NCBI GenBank assembly: GCA_026936335.1
Contig: JAPMXV010000009.1
Location: 250,493-314,492 of the forward strand
Source of the DNA: Mantamonas sphyraenae STR306
Lineage: Eukaryota; Protista; CRuMs
Length of the DNA: 64,000 nucleotides
Direction: 5' to 3'
Numbering within the stretch: position 1 is the stretch's first letter; every line of letters starts with the position of its first letter. A program made the translations under genes and the position numbers. This document shows, in pieces, positions 35,769 through 47,200 of this stretch. Under the pieces are notes generated by a model that was given only the letters and a program-made list of their open reading frames with translations, did no database searches and was not told the DNA's origin.

Positions 35769-38143
35769 ATGTCGTTTGAACTGGCCGAAGCCGCGCTCTC
35801 CGACACCTCCTCAGACTTTGCCTACGATGAGGTGGACATCGAGACCACAGCCTCGGGCGATGACATCGGCGTCATGGAGGAGGAGTTCCAGGAGGCTGGC
35901 GACCGTCTCAACGACTCCCTGGGCGACGAGGAAGACCTGCGCACCGCGCTGGGAGAGTTGAACAAGGCGCACGAGGAGAATCGCAAGGCCTCCGGGTCTG
36001 CGTCGAGCCCGCAAAGCACAGACGAGCGTGCACAGAGCACCGTGTCGCGCAGGCCCGAGGTCATTGACGACTTTATCCGCAACTTCCTGGTCAAGAATGG
36101 ACTGCAGCGTACCCTGGAGGTGTTTGAGGTGTGTTTTTCAACACTTGCCGAGCTGCCGCGTTTTTGACCGTTTTCGCTCACCCTTGCCCCGATCCGCCCG
36201 CCATCCTTGCCTGCCACAGACGGAGTGGTACGAGTTCACCACCCAGGGCAAGCTGAATGAAGAGGACCTTGCTGTGGTGCCCGACCTCTACGTGCGCAAT
36301 CAGATGCTCGACGACAAGGTCAAGAAACTGCGCAACGAAGTCGAATCGTACAAAGCCATCGCCGAGTGAGTTGCCCTGCGCGCTCCATAGCTCCTGCTTC
36401 GTCCCACACCCACTCCCCCTCGTGGTGAGCCACCCACATAGGTTCACATCCACATGCATGTACGCAGAGTCGTCGCATGTGTCTTTGCGGCCACACCAAG
36501 CGCAATGTTGTGGCTGGCGCCACCGGTGCCGCCCACCGTGTGTGTGTGTGTGTGGTGTGTCTGTGTGCCCGTGTGTGTGTAGCCAACGCAAAGCCACAAC
36601 GCAGGTGTGCAATTCCTTTTGGCCGCACCTTGCTAACACCACAACCATGATTGTGTGCCCCGCCCCTCCGTGCCACACGTGCCGCGCGTACCGTCTGCGC
36701 AGCAAGGCACAGGCGACGTGGGACAAGCTGCGGCGCGAGCGTGACTTTCACCGCATGCATCACAAGCGTGTGGTGTACGAGAAAAACAAGCTGATTGCAG
36801 ACCTCAAACGCCTCAAGAACCATTATTCCAAGTACGAGCCTGCGATGGAACAGCTGCGCGCCAAGTACGAGTCGGCCATGAAGGAGAAGATGCTCACAAA
36901 GCTGGAGCGCGACCGATTGGAGGCAAGCAACACGCAGCTGAAGGGCACGGTAAAGCGGCTGGAGAAGAGTGGAGCCGGCGTTGGAGCAGGAGCAGGAAGC
37001 AGCAGCGGCGGCAACTTTCACACACAGGACAGCACGGACGTTTCGTCGTCGAGTGTGGCTGCACGCAGGGCCAAACGTGAACAGGAGGCATCGATGTCAC
37101 ACACCGAACGTCTTTCTCGCCCCAAGGCGGCTGGAGGCAAGAGTGGTACAAAGAACGGCACCCGAAAGGGCAGCAAGGGCGGCAAGAAGGGCGACACACC
37201 GTTCCCTCGCCAAGACAGGAACAACCCCTTTGTGGATGCCGGCCTGGAAGCGGCAGCTGTGGATGTGTACGGTGAGACCAACACGATTGCGGCACACGAC
37301 ATGACGGTGGCGCATGTGGCAGTGCACCCGAAGAAAAGCATTGTGGCTACGGCCAGCGACGACGGCACCTGGAAGCTGTGGGCGCTGCCGGACGGCGAAC
37401 TCATCATGGCAGGTGAGGGACACAAGGATTGGGTGTCCATGTGCGACTTTTCGCCGCGTGGCACGCATCTGGCGACGTCGTCGGGCGACGGCACGGTCAA
37501 GGTGTGGGACTTTCAGAGTGCGTCGTGCGCCATGACGCTTACGGACCATACTCAAGCCGTGTGGGGCGTGCAGTATGACGACACGGGCGACTTTTTGGTA
37601 TCGTGCTCGTTGGATCACACGGCACGCGTATGGGACGTCAACACAGGCAAGTGCAGGCAGTCTCTGCGTGGCCACGTCGAGAGCGTCAACTCGGTGTCAT
37701 ACATGCCCTTCACAAACAACGTGGCCACGTGCAGTGGAGACAAGACGGTGTCCATCTGGGACACACGCACAGGCCAGTGCGTGCAAACGTTCTACGGCCA
37801 CCTCAACACCTGCAACGACGTGGCCTTTTCCCTACAGGGTACCTCGCTCGCCTCGACAGACGCTGACGGCATCATCAAGGTGTGGGATGTGCGCATGGTG
37901 CAGGAGCGCACACAGATTGCCGCCGGGCCCGCAGCCGTCAACGGCGTGGCTTTTGACCCTTCGGGCCACATTTTGGCAGTGGCCAGTGACGACGGAACGC
38001 TCAAGTGTTTTAACGTCACCGAGGCGGCACATGTGGTGGACATCCAGGCGCATTCGGAGCCTGTGCAACACTGTGCGTTCGACCGGCAAGGCACGTTTCT
38101 GGTCAGTGCGAGTGCAGATTGCACCATCAAAGTGTTTTCATAA
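35769..38143 (+). CDS. SPAG16: PF20/SPAG16 central-apparatus WD40 protein; 3 exons
   Basis: Exons 35769-36128, 36220-36365 and 36703-38143. Motifs PEVIDDFIRNFL, TEWYE, KLRRERDFHRMHHKRVVYEK, AMKEKML, then about 7 WD repeats. Confidence 0.92.
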
Positions 38144-38285
38144 ACAAAGGGAGTTGGATGAGGCTGACCTCAGGTGTTGATTTTGGTGGTGGGGTTGCGG
38201 TTGCGGAGGGAGCAGTTCCGAACGGGCGGAGTTGGCGCCAAACAAACGCTTTCTGCAGTGGCTCGTGAGGGTCGCCGACGACGTC

Positions 38286-41200
38286 ATGGAGACCATTTCC
38301 AGTGGGGACCTGTCGGTGATCCAAACCATCATTGCCAGGGCGGCAGAGATGCATCCGCACACGTCGCCATTGACGTTGTCGCAGGTGTTGGACGCGTACG
38401 GCGAAGTTGTGCGCGAGCCTGAGGCGCACCTGTACGAAGTGTTGCTGCAGATGTCGATGTTGCCGTACCGGGACTGGTGGAGCAAGTTGGAGCACGTGCA
38501 TCCGACGACTCACCTGCTGCTCAGCGAAACGTTGCACAGATGGCGACGGTTTGCGACCGAGAGAGCGGCGAATCGCATGCAAGCCATCAACAATTGGGGC
38601 GCTGCTATTTCGCTTTGGGAGCTGCACGCTCTGCGGCGAAGTTTTGGGCGGTGGCAAGAGATGGTGGGGAGGCGGAGACGGATGCAGGTGTCGCTGAAAG
38701 TCGTCCGTCCTCTGACGCAGCTGTCCGTGTGTTTCGATGCACTGCGAGCTCACGCGCTGAAGCACAGACGGCAACGGATTCATTTATTTCAGGCAGTGTC
38801 GCATTGGGCAGCGCAGCATGCGCGCAAACACCTGCGGGCGTGGCGGTGGACAGCTGTGCCACTGGCGGCCGTGCGGCGCAACAAGCTGCTGGAGCGCACG
38901 TTTACACGCTGGCACCGGTACAGCCAACTTGTGCGGGCACAAGTTGCGCTGGTGACACGGCAGCACACGAGAGTGGCCAGACAGGCTGTGGAGACGTGGA
39001 CGAGGGCGCGGAAGTTTCGCGCGCTGACACGACGAGTGCGTGTGGGCGTGGCACGCACATGCGTGCGACACTGGATGGCCCATGCGATTGTACAAAGGTC
39101 GAAAACAAGCGAGCGGGTGCTGGTGGTGTACTTTTGGAAGTGGCGCAAGCGTGCGGGGCAGGCAAGCGCCCAACGGCAAAAAGACAAGGCGGCCGATGCG
39201 CTGTGGACGGCGCAGCTGAAGCGAAGGGTGCTTAGCAGCTGGCATCGATGTGTGCAACTGGAGGCCATTTGGATGCAGTGCAGCCGCAGAAGCAACACAC
39301 GGCGTGTCCAAACGTGTTTGAGGCACTGGTGGACGTCTGCGCGCGCGCGGCGCATTGCACGCCGCGCCGTGGGACACTTTCGCAATCTGGCGCTGTCGTC
39401 GTGCTGGACACAGTGGACTCAGCATGTGCAGCAGCAGCGTGAGACCAAGGAACGCGTGCGGCAACTGCTGGTGCGCATGCAGAACCAGAGCGTGGTGCGG
39501 GCCTTCAACACGTGGCGCCAGTACGTACGTATGCAGGCACAGCTGCGCAAAGGGCGCAAGCAAGTGGAGGTGTACCACAAAGTGCGCGTGTTGCGTGAGT
39601 GGCACTATCGTATGCGCGCTCGCCGCCTTGTGCGCAGCGTGGTTTTGCGGCTGCAGGCCGCGCTGCTAGCACGGTCGTTCTCGACGTGGTACGCACACGC
39701 ATCGGTGTACAGACAGACACGACGTCAATCGGATCGGGTGATTGCGTTTTGGAGCAACAGGTTGCAAGCACGAGCGTTTTCAACGTGGCGAGCAAACGTG
39801 AAGGGCCAGCATTCGTTGCGGCGCAATTCGCAGCGTGCGCTGGGCCATCTGGCAAACAGGCAATTGAGCAAGGCGTTCTACACGTGGCAAAGTGCAACGG
39901 CGTACCTGCGCAGGGTAAACGAGTGTGCCACGGCCGTGGCGGCCATCCAGCGACACAACACGGTCGAAAGGCACCTGGAGGTGTGGTTTCATGCTTTGCA
40001 GGTGCGCGCAGCTGCAACATTGGTGCAGCGCATGAACCGTGCGCGGACATTGCATCGCTATTTCATGCACTGGGGGGAACGTTTGCGCCACCGCGAACGG
40101 CTGATGCAGTTGTTGTTTCGCATGCAACACCACGCGCTGGCACGTGCATTTGCGACATGGCGCGCCACAGTGGCGTACATGGGCGATGTGAACATGCGTG
40201 CTCAGCGTGCTCGCTTGGTGCACGATTATTTTCTGCTGCGGAGGAGCCTGCAATCTTGGCTGTTCTCCCTGCGCGTGCGCCTCTCAATGCGCACCGCACT
40301 TGCCTCGTGGGCTCACAGGTTGGCTGCTGCTGCTATGGGCAGTTGGAGAGCGTATGTCATTCAACGACACATCAAGATGGCTTTGTACGCGAAGGCGGAC
40401 AAAGTTCGGCAACGCGCCTTGCTTCTGCGCTGGAGGCGCAGGGCAGGCGTACACCATCGCGTCAAGTCTGCGTTGGCTGCTTGGGCTCACATCAGCACAC
40501 ACCGAGCGTGGACGACTCTACGGGCGTATGTGGAACACCGACAGCGGAAGGAGCGCTTGCGCGAGGCCGCGTACATTTTTGCGCGCACGTCTTCCATACA
40601 CCACGCCTACGTTGTATGGCTACGTGCAATGGCACAGTGTCAGGAACAGAGGCGGAACGCAGACAGGATGACTGCGCAGCGGCAAAGGAGAACGGTAGCC
40701 AGCATGCTGGCACATTGGCTGGATCTTGCGCAACGTGCACAGAGAGGGCGGTATGTGGTGCTACGCTGGGAGCACCACGTGGTGTTGCGCGCATGGCAAA
40801 CCTGGGCCAGGTACCATGCGCATAGGCAAGCAAAACGCGAGATTGGGGACATGGCGCGGCTGTTTGAGAGACGTGTGGCGGTGCGCACTGCGCTGCAGCA
40901 ATGGACTATGCTGTGGATAGGGGTGCGCATGCTGGAGCATCGTGTGGAAGATGCGCTCGTGTCGCGCGAGTGGACGCGACTACGGACGAGCTGGGACTTG
41001 TGGAAGCGACGCATGGACCTGCGCAGACGTGGACGTGTGTTGGCTGTGAGATGGACACGCATGACAACGCTGCGTGCCTACAGGTCGTGGACGGCGTACG
41101 TAGAGCACAGACGAGAGAAGCAGGCGATGGCATGGGAGGCCAACGCGTTTGCCCAACGTACGATGACGTGGCGGGCGCACAAGCACTGGAAACACGCAAC

Positions 41201-44200
41201 TGCACATGTGCGACAGACGTTGCTGGAGCACGCGTTCAACTCGTGGCTGTTTGTACACCAACAGGAACGGTACGAAGCGCAGGCGCAGCAGGTGGTGAAT
41301 CGCCGTCGCCAAGAGGCGCTTGCACGAAGCATGATGACGAGGTGGCGCCAACGGCTTGGTCAGATGCGCATGGGACGGCGTGTTGTGCTACGTGTACAAC
41401 GGCAGCTTGTGGCCAGCGCGTTCGAGTCATGGCTGTTCTTTGCGCGCATGGAGATGCATCTGCGAGGCGCGGAGCAATTGGTACAGTACCGTCAGAATGT
41501 GACGCGGGCGAGGCGTGTGTTGGAGCACTGGATGCACCAGTGGAACGGATTGGCGTCGTCTCGCGTTCTGTTTGCGCGTTTGCAACAACGGGATTTGATG
41601 CGTGCGTGGAACAGGTGGATGGAGTACACGCAGCAGATGGCTAGCGTGCGCGCCATTGGACAGCGCATGCAGCATTCTCTGCTGGCGATGGCGTGGCGTT
41701 CGTGGGTAGCCATGGTAAGCGGCGTGCGGCAGGAGCGACGCTCGCTGACCGCGTTTGCAGAGTTCCATGAGCGTGTTGTGATGCACCGGTATGTGCAGGT
41801 GTGGCACACGACGCTGATGATGCGCCGAGCGATTGCCAACTGGCGAGTGGGTCGTTGTTGGCGTTCATGGCTGGATTTCCATGCGTACGCACAACGGGAG
41901 CGCCGCGCGGACGAGTATGTGGGCGGAGTGCAGCGATACAACATCCTGTCGGAGTACCTGGGAATGTGGTACACGCAGTGGGAGCTGCACCGAAAGATGC
42001 GGCGTGTTGTACAGACGATGCAGTCGCGCGCGCTTGTGCGCACGTTTGAGCGCTGGATAGAGTTTACAGAGCAGATGAGGAGTATGCGGCGCATGCTGCG
42101 GCGCATGCAACACGGATTGATGGCGCAGGCGATGGCGGCCTGGCATGTCGTTGTGGACGGCAGGCAGCAGGAACGTGCGCGTATGGCGGAGTTTACACGC
42201 CACCAACAGATCCAAAGTTTGCAACGATGCTTGAAACAGTGGCGTGCAGTGATGGTCATGCGTCGGGTGTTGGCCAACTGGCGACTGGGCCGATGCTGGC
42301 GCTCGTGGATGGAGTTTCACGCGTTTGCGAGGAGGGAACGCCGAATGGACACGTACGTGGGCCAGGCGCAGCGCATGCATGTGCTCGAGCGCTACATGGA
42401 TGTGTGGTGGACACAGTACGAAGTCCACCGGCGCATGCGAGGCGTGGTGGCTGCCATGCAGCAGCGACACATGCGCTTCGCTTTCAACCGCTGGATGGAG
42501 TACGCACGGCAGCTGGCTAGTCTGGGACGCATGGTACGGCGCATGCGGCGTATGCAGCTTGTGCAGGCGTTCAATTCGTGGCAGATTGTGGTGGAAGGGT
42601 CAAAAGCGGACAAGGCACGGATTGCAGAGTTTCACGCTCACCGATCTGTACAGGTTGTGCTTCGCTGTTTGAAGCAGTGGCGTGCTGTGCTGTTGATGCG
42701 ACGGGTGGTGTCTCAGTGGCGCTTGGGTCGATGCTGGCGTTCGTGGAAAGCGTTCCACCGTGAGTCGTCACATGAACGGCGTGTGGAAGCCCATGTGCAC
42801 AGTACTCGGCGCAACAATATCCTATGGTGGGCACTTGGCACGTGGTGGGAGCGTTTGGAGATTCACAGGCGCGGGCGCACTGTGTTGGCGAGGATGCAGC
42901 ACAGGCAGGTTGCAGGGTCATTCCGGCGGTGGGAAGAGTTTGTGTACCAAATGCGCAGTCTGCGCAGGATGATGGGACGTATGCAGAACGCAACCATTCA
43001 CCAGGCGTTTGCATCATGGCGAGGTGTGGTGGAAGGACGCAAGCGAGAGGAGGCGTTGGTATCGCACTTTAGGCAGGCAAACATGCAGCTGGCTGCGCAG
43101 CGACTGCTTGTGCACTGGCATGCGTGTCTACGTGTGCGGCGAACTCTTCTGATGTGGCGCCTTGGGCGATGTTGGCACAGCTGGCAGGCGTATGTTGGTG
43201 CAGCGCGCGCAGAGCGTGGGCGCATGGCGGTTGTAGAGCGTCGACACGAGCGCATACGCGTGGTGCAGTGCTTGCGAGTGTGGTGGGCAGAGCTGCAACG
43301 GAGGAAGCGCATGCGAACGATTGTGCACTCGATGAAGCACCAGCAGTGCCGTTGGGCGTTCAACAGGTGGATGGAGTACATGGAGCAGGTGGAGAGATTA
43401 CGGCAGCTGGGGAGACGTGTGGTGCACATGAGCTGTGGACGTGCGTTTACGACATGGCGTGCCGTTGTGACTGCACGCAAGGATGAACATGCTCGTCTGG
43501 TTCGGTTTGTGGCTGATTGCGAGACACAGGTGTCGTACAGGGCATTGATCCACTGGGTCGACGCTCTGAACGGGCGCAGGATGAAGCGTGCTCGCTTGCT
43601 GCGTGTATGGCATGGCTATCTGGTGAAACTCCGCCATGCAGAGGCGCGGGTTCGCCTGCAGCATGAGCGGCTGCGCGCGTTTGACACTCTGGAGCGATGG
43701 TCGCGTGCATACGAGGCCAACGTGGCGTGGATCGAGCACTTGGTGCATCTTGCGTTTCACAGATGGCACCGTGTGGCTGTGTTGCATGTGGCGGAGCGTG
43801 AAGCAGTGGACCTGTGGGAGTTTCGTACGCAAGCAAACGCGTTCCGGCGGTGGTTGCTTGTGGTGCGACTTGAACACACGTTTGCGGTGGTGCATACCAC
43901 GTACAAGCTGAAGCTTGTGACAAAGGCGCTCAACCAGTGGATCCGGGACTTTAACGGATTGCGACAAACGCGTGTTCGCCGCCGCATGCGTTTGGCGCAC
44001 AAGCACCTCTTGATGTGGGTGCGGCATTTCGACTTGCACCAACGCTTGTGTCTGGCCGACACTCGACGCTACTTGGCGGTGATGGGAACATGTTTTGGAG
44101 GCTGGCGGACGGAGGCGCGACATCTGCGCAACAAGCGCATTGCGCTGCAGTATCGAGCGTTTTCATTGTGTAGCCGAGTGATGCAGGCGTGGCACGTACA

Positions 44201-47200
44201 CAGTGCGTGGCAAGCACGTGCGCGTGTGGTGTTGGCGCGCTTTGTGTCCCGATGGCAGCACCGTTCGGTTGCGCACGCGTTCCAGCAGCTGCGGCAACAT
44301 GTGGTGTGGTGGGCGCGTGTGTGCAACGAAGCCGAAGAGCTGTGGCAAGCAGCGCAGGTTCGCCGAAAGGGAGAGATTGTTGCGCGATGGCGCGAGCATG
44401 TGCGTGTGAATGGCATCGGGCGCGCGTGGATGGACTCGCGTGATCGAAGGCTGGTATCGCGTGTTCTGCGTTCATGGAGGCTTGCGTACGTGGCAGGACG
44501 GCGCGCGGATGAGTGGCGAGTGTACATGACGCGTGTGAGGGCGTTGACAAAGTGGAGGCTTCACCTGCGACACCGGATGCAAATGCAGGAGGGAATGCGG
44601 CAGGTGCGACAAGTGATTGCACGGAACTGGTGGGCTCGATGGCAGGGTGCTGTGGTGGGCCGGCGCCGAGAAAAGCGAGTGTTGGCGGATGCACTTGTGC
44701 ATTGGGTCATGCTGTACCGAAAGCGTGAAGAGCTGCACGGCCACTTTGACGCGCTGATTGCAGAGCATGAACTGCGCACGGTGGCCCGCTACATGCAGCG
44801 ATGGTGGGTGCGTCAACAGATGCAGCGTCGCGTGAAGCGGAAAGAGGAGGAGGTGAAACGACAGGCGTACAGGCACTGGCAGGCGGCGTGGAGACTGCGC
44901 GTACTGCGCACGTCGCAGTTGCAACGTGTTCTGGAACAGCTGCAGGGCGTGCGACGGCGCCAGGTGTGGCAGAGGTGGACTGAAGCGTACGCGGAGAATC
45001 TGGAGCTACGCACACGGTTCTACCTTTGCCGGTGGGCAAACGCGCTCGCGCGACGAGAAACGATACGGCGAGTCGTGTACGCTGTGCAGCATCTGTACGT
45101 GCGCCACAGCATGAACACATGGAAGGAGCGTACGGCCGGAGCGCGGCGGACGCGATATATCGTCAAGGTGCGTGTGATGCAGGTTTGGAAACGTGCGCAT
45201 GTGCAGGGGAGACACGAGAAGTACCTGCTGAAGGAGTGGGAAACGAGGTGCAAGGGGGTTTTGTTTGCGCGTTGGATTGCACGTATGAGGCAGCACGTGC
45301 ACAATCGCGTGCTTGGCATGCGCGTGGTGCATGCGATGACCAACCGCCGGCTGTTTTCGTCGTTTACGAGCTGGCGTGGGTGGGCTTCATACCAACGAAG
45401 CCTGGCACGCCGGAAGAGCGAGGTGATGGAAGAAGAGCGGCGCATGCTTGCTGTGCGCGTGCTGGTGGGCTGGCAAACGGTGTTTGTCAACACGCGGCGT
45501 GCTGTGCAGCATCACGAAGCCCAAGTGCAAGCGGTGGTGATGAAAGAGTGGATGCAGGTGGTGGAGGAGTCGCAAGAGTACGTGAGGTTCCAGCGAGGCT
45601 GTGTGTTCAGGCGCTGGCAGCAGCGCATGAGCGCTCGGCAACGCATCCGCGGAGTCATTGCTGGAATGCGAAATGTGATTGTGCGCCGCGCGATGAACCG
45701 CTGGATCGAGTACACGCGTGTGGAAGGGATGGCAAGCCGTGTGGTGCAGCGACGTGCGCTGTTGCAGTGGTACCATGCGACACGCCATGAGATGGAGGAA
45801 CGCTCGGCGATACACGGATTCCAGGTGCAGCAACTGCGCAAGTGGCTGCGGCTGTGGGTACATCAGCGCCGCTTGCGCGTGCGTGTGGTGTCGGCCATGA
45901 CGAAGCGGCGTCTGTACGCAGCGTTCGGCACATGGAGGGCATGGGTTGCGTACGAACGGTGCTGCGGCGCACGGTTGCGTTCACACGCGTGGGGAACATG
46001 GCTGTTTGCGTTTGAGAGCGCAGTGGCATCACGTGAGCACTACGAACAGAGACTGCAGCGCAGTGTGGTTCGGGCGTGGATGGAATGGAGCGGCGAAGGG
46101 CGAAGCGCAAGAGTGTTTCAAGGACGGGTGTGGCTGCGGCGATGGATGAAGAGCGTGAACGTGCGCAGGCGAGTGCTGTCAGCGATTGCATCGATGCAAA
46201 ACGTGCTGGCTAGGCGCTGTCTGAACGCGTGGACGTCCTACGTTCGCGTGTCCAGGTTCCGCTGGCAGCACTGCGCTGAGGCACACTTTCATGCGTGGCG
46301 TCGACATGTGGTGCGGCAGCGAGAGGTTCAAGAGGAGCTGCTACGTGCGCGGGAAGTGCAAACGTTGCTTGCATTGCATGAGCGACGTGGGGCACTGCGG
46401 CGTTTGGGCCGCGTGGTGGATGCGTGGCGGCTGTGGGTGACGCAGGTGCGGATGGATCGTGTGCGCAGCGAGGCGGTGATGTTGTCGAATGTGCTCCGTG
46501 CGTGGTATATGCTCGTGGTGTCGCACAAGCGGGTTCGTGGTTTGGAAGCACACATGCGTGTGCACACCCTACGGGAGGGCCTTGCCATGTGGCGTGCAGG
46601 GGTGCTTGGTCGACGAGCGCTGCGAAGGCGAACAGTGCGCGTGTGGCATGCACGGCTGATGTGGGTACGAGAGCTGGATACGATGGACACTGCGTTGCTG
46701 CTTCCGTGCAAAGCACGCGTGCTACGCCACTGGTGGCACGCGAGTGTGCACCATCGCCACTTGCGCATGATGGAGGAGGAGCTGGGGGATCGGGAACGGA
46801 CACAATCGCTGCGGCGGGTGCTGGACACGTGGCGCGTGCAATGGTTGCGCGTGCGCACGGTGCGCAGGCGAGCATGGAAGACTTGGCGTCGACTGAGTGT
46901 ACTGTGCCGAGGTATGCGCATTTGGAAGCAGGGCGTCGAGAAACGTGCGACGTCTGAACTTTTGCACACGAGCTTGGCACGATGGCACGGTGTGGCGCGG
47001 CTGTGGCGAATGCAACGACGTCGTGTACAACGTGAAGGTTTGCTGGAATGGCGCGCGGCAAGCGTGTGGAGCAGACAACGAAAGAGGACGTTGCTGGCAA
47101 GATGGGTGCGATTGTGGAGGGAGGTCGCGCGGGTGAAGGAGATTGGAGAGGCAATGGTGCGAAAGAACGATCAGCAGCGTGTGCGCCACGCACTCGAGCG

